From the NCBI GenBank assembly GCA_029863385.1, contig JAOTVU010000001.1, forward strand, positions 2,476 to 66,475: a stretch of 64,000 nt of DNA, written 5' to 3'. The position numbers and the translations under genes were made by a program. How positions within the stretch are numbered: position 1 is the stretch's first letter; the number at the start of each line of letters is the position of its first letter. The DNA comes from Acidimicrobiia bacterium (GTDB taxonomy: Bacteria; Actinomycetota; Acidimicrobiia; Acidimicrobiales; SZUA-35). The notes beneath the pieces were generated by a model. It did no database searches. It worked only from the letters and a program-made list of their open reading frames with translations, and was not told the origin of the DNA. Below are positions 18,929 to 27,229 of the stretch, piece by piece.

Positions 18929-19942
18929 TCAGATCTGGGTGGGGCAGGAGCTGTAGTTCTCCCGCTGCCCACGGAGGATGGACTGGCCGGGGAAGGAAGC
19001 CGTGGATCCGATGCGAGTCGACACTCGAGCCGTCAGATACTTGGTGCCGGTGAATTCGGCCGCCTCGTATCGGCACCACATCACACCGCCGGAACCCTTC
19101 TCGCTGCGGATGATCGGATGCCAGTTCTCCGTCGACCTTGTCATCGAACCCTGCCAGTCGGTTTCCGCACCCAAGGTGCCCTCGACCGGAGGGGCACCGA
19201 GCTTGATGGATGCGCTCGTCGAGAATCCGATCGTCGTCGTCTGATTCGGCACGCCGGCGTAGCTCTCCTTGGGCATGCCCACCTCCTGGAGAGCCGGGAT
19301 CAGGGTGCTCGACTTCCAGTCGAGTTCAATCCACAGCTGCCGGTAGCCCTCGTTCGCGGACGATCCGGTCAGGGCCGCCCCTTGGATCTGCACATACGTG
19401 CGATAGTAATCGTGCTTAGTGGTGCTGGAGGTGGCAAAGTCGTTGGCCTTGTTGAGCGTCCACCACCACTTGCGATTCCACGTCCCGACGGTCTCGGTGC
19501 CAGACCCCTCGTTGTTGTACTTGTAGTAGCCGTCGGTGGGGGTCACATAGCCGGTCTCCTGGGGAACACCGGCTGCGAACGTCGAAGGGACGGCCTCGTA
19601 CACGGTCGAACCGTCTGCCGCCTGACCAACGAACACCTCGAGCGGAGACCCTGCGGACACCGAAATCTCGTAGTCACCGAAGCGGAATGTCTGCATCGAG
19701 CGTCCCATCTCGTTGCTCGCCGCCCGGCTGTCGACCGCGGCCGCTCTCACCTCGGCGACCGCCAGTTGGCGTCGGCCCGTGACGATTTCCCGATCCGGAC
19801 CAGCGGGGCTTCCTGCCTGGTCCGCTGCTTGATCGGCCGCCTGTGCGGCCGCGGCCTGCGCAAGTCCGACGCAGCTCATCAAGGTGAGGAGTGTCAGACT
19901 CAGCAACGTCCGGCTGACGACGGTTTTGGACGAACGTGGCAT
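18929..19942 (-). CDS. secreted hypothetical protein with amphipathic S/T-rich beta-hairpin (possible beta-pore-forming-toxin-like fold)
   Basis: Signal peptide MPRSSKTVVSRTLLSLTLLTLMSCVGLAQA after GGGAG. Mature part is beta-rich. Strictly alternating segment TTTIGFSTSASIKLGAPPVEGTLGAETDWQGSMT. Visibly lower GC than neighbouring genes. Confidence 0.7.
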   Translation of the reverse strand: MPRSSKTVVSRTLLSLTLLTLMSCVGLAQAAAAQAADQAADQAGSPAGPDREIVTGRRQLAVAEVRAAAVDSRAASNEMGRSMQTFRFGDYEISVSAGSPLEVFVGQAADGSTVYEAVPSTFAAGVPQETGYVTPTDGYYKYNNEGSGTETVGTWNRKWWWTLNKANDFATSSTTKHDYYRTYVQIQGAALTGSSANEGYRQLWIELDWKSSTLIPALQEVGMPKESYAGVPNQTTTIGFSTSASIKLGAPPVEGTLGAETDWQGSMTRSTENWHPIIRSEKGSGGVMWCRYEAAEFTGTKYLTARVSTRIGSTASFPGQSILRGQRENYSSCPTQI

Positions 19943-20169
19943 GATGGTGCTCCCTCGTGGTTGATGCGGCTGACTGCCGATGCAGGGAACGCTAGAACGC
20001 CGTGGTAGGGCCACGATAGGACATGGATGGACGCACCCCATGTCCGTCCGGCGACCCCGGACACGGAGAACCGTTTCCTGTCGTGCGGCTCCGTCGGGGC
20101 GGAGAATCGGGGGCGGGGCCGGCGGCGCGATCTTGTGTCGATCGGTGAGCTGGGTAACCATGACGGGCT

Positions 20170-21363
20170 ATGGATGAGACACCAGACGGGCCTCTCACGG
20201 GGGTACGGATAATCGATCTGACCACGGTGGTCATGGGGCCGTTCGCCACCCAGATTCTGGCCGACCTCGGAGCCGACGTCATCCGGGTCGAGGCGCCGGG
20301 CGGCGACTTCATGCGGGACTTCGATCCCAAGAAGTCACCGAAGATGGGGGCGTTCTCGATCAACGTCAACCGCAACAAACGGTCGGTGGTGCTCGATCTC
20401 AAGACCGACGTCGGCCGCAACGCCCTCCTGGATCTGGTGGAGACGGCCGACGTCTTCGTCACCAACATGCGACCCAAGGCGCTGGCCAAGCTGGCGTTGA
20501 CCGACGACGACCTGCGAACCCGCCGAGGAGACCTGGTCTACTGCTCGGCCACCGGTTTCGGCAGCGATGGACCCTACGCCCACAAGGCGGCCTACGACGA
20601 CGTCATCCAGGCCGCGTCCGGGTTCGCCTCGATGTTCGCCTGGCTCGGCCCCGAGCCGGCCTATGTGCCCAGCATCATCGCCGACAAGGTCACCTCGCTG
20701 CACGTCGTCTACGCCGTGCTGGCCGCCCTGTTCCGCCGGGCAACCACCGGCGAGGGCGACTTCGTCGAGGTGCCGATGGCCGAGTCGATGGCGGCGTTCA
20801 ACCTCGTCGAGCACCTGAGCGGACACACCTTCGAGCCTCACGTCGGTGCGTTCAGCTACCTGCGGATGCGGACCGTGCACCGGCGCCCCCGACGATCGGC
20901 CGACGGCTGGGTCTGCATCCTCCCCTACACGGACCGCAACTGGGCCGACTTCTTCACGTTGGCCGGAGCGCCGGAGGCGGCAGCTGATCCCCGTTTCGCC
21001 ACCATCAACGACCGCGTCGCCAACGTCGACGCGCTCTACGGGCTGCTCGACGACCTGGTGGCCACCCGGACGACCGGTGAGTGGATGGAGCTGTGCGACG
21101 AGTACTCGATCCCGGCCGTCCCCGTCGTCGACCTGGAGCACCTCGGCGACGACCCGCACTTCTCGGCGGTCGGGATGCTGCGTTCCGACGTCCACCCCAC
21201 CGAAGGTCCGTACCGGATCGTGCGGGAACCGGTCAGGTTTCGGGCCGGCACACCGGGACTTCGCCACCACGCCCCCAACCTCGGTGAGAACACGGCCGAG
21301 CTGCTGACCGAGCTGGGCTACGACACCGAACGGATCGAGGAGATCCTCCAACAGAATCGGTAG
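20170..21363 (+). CDS. family III CoA-transferase (CaiB/BaiF-like)
   Basis: N-terminal GVRIIDLTTVVMGPFATQILADLGADVIRVE block typical of the family. 397 aa. Confidence 0.9.
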   Translation: MDETPDGPLTGVRIIDLTTVVMGPFATQILADLGADVIRVEAPGGDFMRDFDPKKSPKMGAFSINVNRNKRSVVLDLKTDVGRNALLDLVETADVFVTNMRPKALAKLALTDDDLRTRRGDLVYCSATGFGSDGPYAHKAAYDDVIQAASGFASMFAWLGPEPAYVPSIIADKVTSLHVVYAVLAALFRRATTGEGDFVEVPMAESMAAFNLVEHLSGHTFEPHVGAFSYLRMRTVHRRPRRSADGWVCILPYTDRNWADFFTLAGAPEAAADPRFATINDRVANVDALYGLLDDLVATRTTGEWMELCDEYSIPAVPVVDLEHLGDDPHFSAVGMLRSDVHPTEGPYRIVREPVRFRAGTPGLRHHAPNLGENTAELLTELGYDTERIEEILQQNR

Positions 21364-21415
21364 GGGCGGCCGAACGACTCGGGCCGCGCGAGCCCACCGA
21401 ACTAGGGTTGCGGGT

Positions 21416-21844
21416 GTGTTCGACGCCCTCCGCACCCCCGCCCGCTGGTTGCTCGGCGTCGCCCTCATGGCCGCCGGTGTCGCCCATCTGAGCGTTCAGC
21501 GGGGGGAGTTCCAGGCCCAGGTGCCCGGTTGGTTCCCGGTCGACGCCGACCTTGTCGTCGTCGTCTCCGGGATCGTGGAGATCGCTCTCGGTCTCGCCCT
21601 GGTGTTGTCGGGTCGCCACAGGATCCTGGTCGGCTGGGTGGTGGCCGCCTTCTTCGTCGTCATCTTCCCCGGCAACATCGCCCAGTTCATCGAAGGCAAC
21701 GATGCCTTCGGGCTCGACACCGACCTCGAACGGTTTCTCCGTCTGTTCTTCCAGCCGGTGCTGATCGCCTGGGCCCTGTGGTCGACCGATGCCTGGTCCC
21801 CGGGCATGGCCTGGATGCGGCGCCGCCGCGGCGGGAATGACTGA
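21416..21844 (+). CDS. integral membrane protein (hypothetical, 4 TM)
   Basis: 142 aa with four hydrophobic segments. Overlaps the downstream methyltransferase start by 8 nt. Confidence 0.55.
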   Translation: MFDALRTPARWLLGVALMAAGVAHLSVQRGEFQAQVPGWFPVDADLVVVVSGIVEIALGLALVLSGRHRILVGWVVAAFFVVIFPGNIAQFIEGNDAFGLDTDLERFLRLFFQPVLIAWALWSTDAWSPGMAWMRRRRGGND

Positions 21845-22397
21845 CGACGACCGCGACCGCTGGAACGAGCGGTACCGAAACGCCGCCGACCCGGATGGAC
21901 ATCCGATCACTCCAGCGGTACCGCAGCACTTCGCCGACCATGTCGACCGAATGCCCACCTCGGGAACAGCGCTCGAGGTGGCCTGTGGAACCGGGGCCGG
22001 ATGCCTCTGGCTGGCGCAGCGGGGCCTCGACGTCGTCGGCGTGGACGTGTCGTCCGTGGCCATCAACGCCGCCACCGACGCCGCGCGCCATCTCAACCTC
22101 TCCGACCACTGTCACTTCGTCGTCGCCGACCTCGATGACGGCCTTCCCGACACGCCGCTGGTCGAACTCATCGTTTGTCACCGGTTCCGAAGCCCGGACC
22201 TCTACGAGGCAATGCTCGACCGGCTCGCCGCCGGCGGCGTGCTGGCGATTGCGGTGCTGAGCGAGGTCGGCACGGCCCCCGGTCGGTTCCGGGCCGAGCC
22301 GGGCGAACTCCGGCGGGCGTTCGGCGACAAACTTGATGTTCTCGTCGACAGCGAGGGATCCGGCACCGCCGTGCTGATCGGGATCAAGCCCGGATGA
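21837..22397 (+). CDS. class I SAM-dependent methyltransferase
   Basis: Motif I LEVACGTGAGCLWLAQRG followed by VVGVDVS. Start taken at ATG 21837 (MTDDDRDRW). Confidence 0.8.
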   Translation: MTDDDRDRWNERYRNAADPDGHPITPAVPQHFADHVDRMPTSGTALEVACGTGAGCLWLAQRGLDVVGVDVSSVAINAATDAARHLNLSDHCHFVVADLDDGLPDTPLVELIVCHRFRSPDLYEAMLDRLAAGGVLAIAVLSEVGTAPGRFRAEPGELRRAFGDKLDVLVDSEGSGTAVLIGIKPG

Positions 22398-22545
22398 TCG
22401 GTCCCAACCCGATGGCCGGCGCCTTGTCCGCCGTGATTGCCGGTTGGGCTCGATGGGCCGTAGGGTTGAAACCGACGCCAACCGGATACGACAACCGCAA
22501 TGGCGCTTGTTTCCGAGGCGCTGGAAAGGACGAGTTCCTGTGAGG

Positions 22546-22914
22546 ATGATCGGCAAGATCGCCCAGACGGCTGCCGCCGTGTGGATTTTCAATGTCTGGT
22601 TCAACCGGTTCAACAAGGACACCGGCTACCGAGGCCGCGACGCCAAGAACATGAAGGAGGAATTCGAGGTCTACGGCATGTCCGAGAAGACCATGTACGC
22701 CGTCGGGGCGACGAAGGTGAGTCTCGCCAGCCTGATGCTGGTCGGCCATTGGGTGCCCAAGCTCGTGCGCCCTGCGTCGAGCGGCCTGGCGGCCCTCATG
22801 CTCGGAGCCATCGCCATGCATGTCAAGGTGAAGGATCCGATCAAGCGGGCCCTACCGGCGATCTCCGTGTTCTCGCTTTCGTTGATCTCCGCTCTTCTCA
22901 ACAGCGACGACTGA
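22546..22914 (+). CDS. DoxX-like small membrane protein
   Basis: 122 aa with 3-4 TM segments. ATG 22546 follows GAAAGGA. The upstream part of the track ORF is R-rich and non-protein-like. Confidence 0.5.
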   Translation: MIGKIAQTAAAVWIFNVWFNRFNKDTGYRGRDAKNMKEEFEVYGMSEKTMYAVGATKVSLASLMLVGHWVPKLVRPASSGLAALMLGAIAMHVKVKDPIKRALPAISVFSLSLISALLNSDD

Positions 22915-22946
22915 GTCGCCGCCGGTCAGGCCGGCTCCTCTCGATA

Positions 22947-23882
22947 TCACGCGATTTGCCAGGTGATGCCGAGTAGATCTTCGCTGAGTGTCCACAGCCG
23001 AGCAGCGGCTGCCGGGTTTCGGGCAGCATCCGAAATGTGCGCCTCACCCACCGGTCCACGGCTCTCACCGAACCTCGTCGGTCCGTAGTATGCGCCGTTC
23101 CGGGCTTCGTCGCCGGCGACGGCCAGAACCTCCGGCAGGGCGCCCAGGGCGGGGTCTTGAGCCATCAACCTGTTGGTCACCTTGTAGATGATCCGGAAGA
23201 GTCCCGTGGGCCCGGTGCTCTGCAGGTTCGTCGCCGAATAGCCGGGATGGGCACTGGCGCAGATCACGGCGGAGCCGGCGGCGTCGAGCCGACGGGCCAG
23301 TTCGACACCGTACATCAGGTTGGCCAGCTTGCTCTGGGAGTAGGTCTTCGACGGGGAGTAGTCGTCGGTGAACATGGGGTCGTCGAAGTTGATGCCGGGA
23401 GCCGACCGGTGGGCGATCGAGCTGACCGGGACGATCCGGCCCGATCGTGCGGTGACGAGATCGAAGGTGAGGTGGTTGAGCAGGAAATGACCGAGATGGT
23501 TGGTGCCGAACTGCAGCTCGAATCCTTCGGCCGTTTTCTGCTGGGGGGTCTGCATGATCCCGGCGTTGTTGACAACACCGTCGAGGCCGTCGGTGAGGGT
23601 ACGGATGGCGTCGTTGGCCCCGTGGATCGACTCCACACTGGCCAGGTCGAGTTCGATCATTTCCACGCCTCCGACGCTCGGGATCCGGCCCAGCGTGGCC
23701 GCAGCGGCAGCGCCCTTGGTCGTCGAGCGACAGCCGAGGAACACGTCTGCGTTGGCCCGGCGGAGATGGGCCGCCACCTCGTAGCCGACTCCGGAGTTGC
23801 CGCCGGTGATCAGATACCGTTTGCCGGTCAGATCGCCGAGGCGATCGATTGTCCAGTCGGTGATCGGCTGGGTGGTCGACAT
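22947..23882 (-). CDS. short-chain dehydrogenase/reductase (SDR)
   Basis: ITGGNSGVGYE (TGxxxGxG), NNAG, and catalytic YSQSK (YxxxK). Start ATG 23882 follows AGGAG. The 123-aa track extension was rejected. Confidence 0.9.
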   Translation of the reverse strand: MSTTQPITDWTIDRLGDLTGKRYLITGGNSGVGYEVAAHLRRANADVFLGCRSTTKGAAAAATLGRIPSVGGVEMIELDLASVESIHGANDAIRTLTDGLDGVVNNAGIMQTPQQKTAEGFELQFGTNHLGHFLLNHLTFDLVTARSGRIVPVSSIAHRSAPGINFDDPMFTDDYSPSKTYSQSKLANLMYGVELARRLDAAGSAVICASAHPGYSATNLQSTGPTGLFRIIYKVTNRLMAQDPALGALPEVLAVAGDEARNGAYYGPTRFGESRGPVGEAHISDAARNPAAAARLWTLSEDLLGITWQIA

Positions 23883-23976
23883 GGTGAGGCGCTCCTGCAT
23901 GGGTTGTCGGTTAGCGTCGTTCAGTCTGCCCACAGCGCAGGCGAGATCGGTCGCGATCGAATGTGGAGTACGCCGA

Positions 23977-24972
23977 TCAGGGACTGTTCGGCCGCCCGAT
24001 CTCCTCGGCAATTCGGGTTGTGTACCGGCAGAAGAACTCGTCGCCGAACAGGGCGACATGGACGAGCGCCGTGTGGAGCCAGTAGAAGAGACGACGGCGC
24101 TCGTAGCCGGGACGCAACGGGTGATGGGTGGTGTAGGCGGCGAAGAACGCCTCACGGTCGTTGTCGAACACCTCGAGATAGGCCAGCTCGAGCTCGGCGT
24201 CGGCGAACTGGAGGTCGGGATCCAGCAGGCCTGTGATCTGCCACCGTCCATGCTCCCGAACCGCGATCATGTTGCCGTCCCACACATCACCGTGAACCAG
24301 CGTCGGTCGACCACAGTCGACGAGGGCCGGTCGGCAACGGCCGATTGCCTCGTCCACCTGGGCCAGCACATCGGAGCCCAACCGCTCCACCAGTGCCGGA
24401 TGGGCTCGAACCTCGGCGAGCCTTGCGGCGAAGAGGTCGGCCCACGTCTCGGAGGTGCCGCCGGTCTCGACGTCACCCCAGCTCCCTCCTTTGTGGCGGT
24501 GCAGGCGACCCAGGATGTCCGCGAGCTGGACGTCGAGTTCGATGTGATCGCCCGGCTCGAGATCGAGGCTGTGAACACAGTCCCCCCGAACATCTTCGAG
24601 AAGCAGGAACGCATGGGGGATCAGACGAGCGGAACTGTCGTGGAGGTAGACGGTGGGAACCGGGCAAGCCGTCTCGGTTCGAAGGTAGTGGAGAGCACGG
24701 GCTTCGGAGTCGAAGGTGTCGGATTCGTTTCCGTGGATCTTCACAACCGCCCGGTTGGGCGGTCGGTCGAACCCCAACCGGAACACCGAGTTCACCAGCC
24801 CACCTTGGAGTGGCACGATCTCCTCGCACGCCACCGGGGTGCTCAACCAGGCTCCCAGAAGACGCTCGGCCTGAGCGGTCGTAAGATCCAGATCCGGCTC
24901 CAGCTCGATCACCGGCTTACTCGACGCCCTCGTTGCATGGTGCCACGGAGTAGACGTTGGCACGGTCGGCAC
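23977..24972 (-). CDS. aminoglycoside/fructosamine-kinase-family phosphotransferase
   Basis: Kinase-like catalytic loop LVHGDVWDGNM (HGDxxxxN) and downstream DPD motif. The exact start (GTG 24972) is uncertain. Confidence 0.8.
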   Translation of the reverse strand: MPTVPTSTPWHHATRASSKPVIELEPDLDLTTAQAERLLGAWLSTPVACEEIVPLQGGLVNSVFRLGFDRPPNRAVVKIHGNESDTFDSEARALHYLRTETACPVPTVYLHDSSARLIPHAFLLLEDVRGDCVHSLDLEPGDHIELDVQLADILGRLHRHKGGSWGDVETGGTSETWADLFAARLAEVRAHPALVERLGSDVLAQVDEAIGRCRPALVDCGRPTLVHGDVWDGNMIAVREHGRWQITGLLDPDLQFADAELELAYLEVFDNDREAFFAAYTTHHPLRPGYERRRLFYWLHTALVHVALFGDEFFCRYTTRIAEEIGRPNSP

Positions 24973-25111
24973 ATGTTCGACAAGTCCGGCGTGCGGGCTC
25001 GCGCCCGAAACGATGGGCCGTCTTCGGCAACAAATGCCCGGCCCGGTAGGGTGTCAGCTGAGCTGAGCTTGGCGGTCGCGCTCGGGCCTCGTTCAACGAA
25101 AGGTCCACATC

Positions 25112-25699
25112 ATGACCGAGACCCTGTCGTATCGGGTGATCGACAGCAGCGACTCGATCGAGCTTCGGGAGTACGCGCCCCACATCGTGGCCGAGCTCAG
25201 CGTCGAAGCAGCCGGTGTTCGACAAGCAGCGGAAAAGGGTTTCAGGCCCTTGGCCAACTACATCTTCGGGAACAATCTGCCTCGGGAGAAGATCGCAATG
25301 ACCACCCCGGTCACGGCCTCGGCCGAGGGCGAGGGCGAGAGAATTGCGATGACAGCACCGGTCACCTCGACCGGCGTCGCCGACGGTCGCTATCGTGTCC
25401 GGTTCTCCATGCCAGCGGAATACACGATGCAGACGCTCCCGAAACCGGCCAACCCCGATGTTCACCTCGTGGAGGTCGAAGCCCAACTCGTGCTGGCCGC
25501 CACCTTCCGGGGTCGCGACGATCATAAACGGGTTGCTGCCGGCGCCCAGCGACTCCTGGACCGCGCAACCGAGTTGGACATGAAAATCGTCGGGCAGCCG
25601 ACCTGGGCCGGATACAGCGCGCCCTATGTGCCGGTCCCGCTCCGCAAATGGGAGATGCTGGTGACGGTTTCCCCGGATGACATCCCGACGACCGGTTAG
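25112..25699 (+). CDS. SOUL/HBP heme-binding-family protein
   Basis: 195 aa. The YRVIDSSDSIELREY N-terminus and the duplicated IAMTTPV / IAMTAPV pattern are typical of SOUL proteins. Confidence 0.75.
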   Translation: MTETLSYRVIDSSDSIELREYAPHIVAELSVEAAGVRQAAEKGFRPLANYIFGNNLPREKIAMTTPVTASAEGEGERIAMTAPVTSTGVADGRYRVRFSMPAEYTMQTLPKPANPDVHLVEVEAQLVLAATFRGRDDHKRVAAGAQRLLDRATELDMKIVGQPTWAGYSAPYVPVPLRKWEMLVTVSPDDIPTTG

Positions 25700-25706
25700 G
25701 CCGGTG

Positions 25707-26867
25707 TCATCGCTCGGTACCGTCTGACGGGCTGATGACCACCTTCATGGCGTCGTCGGCCCCCAGTGCGGTCCGAATTGCGATCTCGGCCTCGTCAACC
25801 GTGAATCGATGGGTAACCGCCCGTTCGAACGGCACCTCGCCGTGGTGGCGGGCCAGCATGGCCAGGGTGCGGTCGTAGGCTCGTGCATCCTCACCGGCCA
25901 CCCCCACGATCGTGAGATTGCGGCCGAGAATCGCCGCCGGGTTGACCGGTACCGGCCCGAGGTCCACGAAGGCCCCGACCTCGATCAGTGTTCCACCATC
26001 GCGCAGGAGATCGAGCGACGGGCCGAAACTGGACGGATGACCGGTGGCGTCGACGACCACGTCCGCGCCCCTCCCATCGGTGAGTTCCCGCACCTGGTCG
26101 ACCAGCGTCGGATCCTGAGCCGTGGCGGCGATCGCATCGGTGGCCCCGAGTTCGCCGGTCAGCTCGACCCGCCGGCGATAGGGGTCGATGGCGATGACCC
26201 GCCCGGCGTCCATCAACGCCGCCTTGGCCGCGTGGACCAGACCCACCGGCCCTGCGCCCATGATCACCACGGAGTCACCCGGAGCGAAGCCTCCGGGACG
26301 GGGGGCGGCCCGGACCAGATCGAGGCTGTGGGTCACGGCAAACAACTCGGTCAGAACCGCAACCTCGGTCGGCAGCCCCTCCGGCACCTTGAACACCGGC
26401 GTCCCCGGGAGGAGGTACAGGTACTCGGCCCAGCCGCCGAACAGATGCGGTGGGTCGGCCGACGACAGCGAGTTGCCGTAGTTCTCCAGGTGCCGGCAGA
26501 AGTAGTAGGGGAAGTCGTGACGGCAGAAATGGCAGTGCCCGCAGGCCCGGTTGGGCGCCGGAACAACCCGGTCACCGGGTTCGAGGTTCGTTCCGTCGAA
26601 CGCCGTGGCGCCGCCGTCTCCGATGGCCACCACCCGACCGACGTTCTCGTGGCCCTGAATGATCGGAAACGGGGTCGAGGAGGCATGGTCGGTGCCCGCA
26701 TACTGCTCGGTCTCGCCCCGGAACGTGTGCTTGTCGGTTCCGCAGATCCCCGACGCCAGCATTCTCAACAGCACCGCACCCGGTTCGAGCTGCTCGGGAT
26801 ACGGGTACCGCCTCAGTTCAAGCCGCCCCGGGGCGACGAGGGTGGCGGCCAGCACATCGTTCGTCAT
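25707..26867 (-). CDS. zinc-dependent medium-chain alcohol dehydrogenase
   Basis: GICGTDKH, GHENVG, structural-zinc cluster CGHCHFC..C, Rossmann VIMGAGPVGL. Start trimmed to ATG 26867 (MTNDVLAATLV). Confidence 0.9.
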   Translation of the reverse strand: MTNDVLAATLVAPGRLELRRYPYPEQLEPGAVLLRMLASGICGTDKHTFRGETEQYAGTDHASSTPFPIIQGHENVGRVVAIGDGGATAFDGTNLEPGDRVVPAPNRACGHCHFCRHDFPYYFCRHLENYGNSLSSADPPHLFGGWAEYLYLLPGTPVFKVPEGLPTEVAVLTELFAVTHSLDLVRAAPRPGGFAPGDSVVIMGAGPVGLVHAAKAALMDAGRVIAIDPYRRRVELTGELGATDAIAATAQDPTLVDQVRELTDGRGADVVVDATGHPSSFGPSLDLLRDGGTLIEVGAFVDLGPVPVNPAAILGRNLTIVGVAGEDARAYDRTLAMLARHHGEVPFERAVTHRFTVDEAEIAIRTALGADDAMKVVISPSDGTER

Positions 26868-27100
26868 GAACCGAGAATAACCCTGGGCCCACGGTGCCCT
26901 CCATTCCTCGTCCTCCCGGAGGGCGTCCCCTGCCGCGTCGCGCTCGACCCGGTCAGCCCACCGGATGATCCATGTGACGTTGGCGGGGCCAGGGGCCGGC
27001 CTCTGCGGCCCACGCCCGGTAGGCGACCATAGGGTCGGGATCGTCGTGATAGTCACGAACCTCGATCAGTGCCATGACGCCATGGTCGGTAGTGGACGCG

Positions 27101-27135
27101 CCGCAGCGCCCGTCTGGTCATCGCGGGCGCTGCGG
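27101..27135 (-). terminator. GC-rich hairpin downstream of the S8 protease gene
   Basis: Perfect 12-bp stem CCGCAGCGCCCG / CGGGCGCTGCGG with an 11-nt loop, about 95 nt after the stop at 27230. No U-tract (I-shaped type). Confidence 0.4.
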
Positions 27136-27229
27136 GATTGGTTGTGCTGGGGTCTGGGCTACTACCAGGTGACCCCGTCGAACGTGATGCGTTGTGTTGT
27201 TGACTTCATGGTTGGGACAAGTCTCATGG

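Noticed and set aside
23797-25527. 576-aa plus-strand ORF
   Set aside because: It overlaps the phosphotransferase gene antisense and the SOUL gene out of frame. It is R/G-rich with no motifs.
26868-27056. 63-aa N-terminal extension of the alcohol dehydrogenase ORF
   Set aside because: The canonical MDR N-terminus (MTNDVLAATLVAPGRLELRRYP) begins at the internal ATG 26867. The extension is W/R/P-rich and unlike any ADH.
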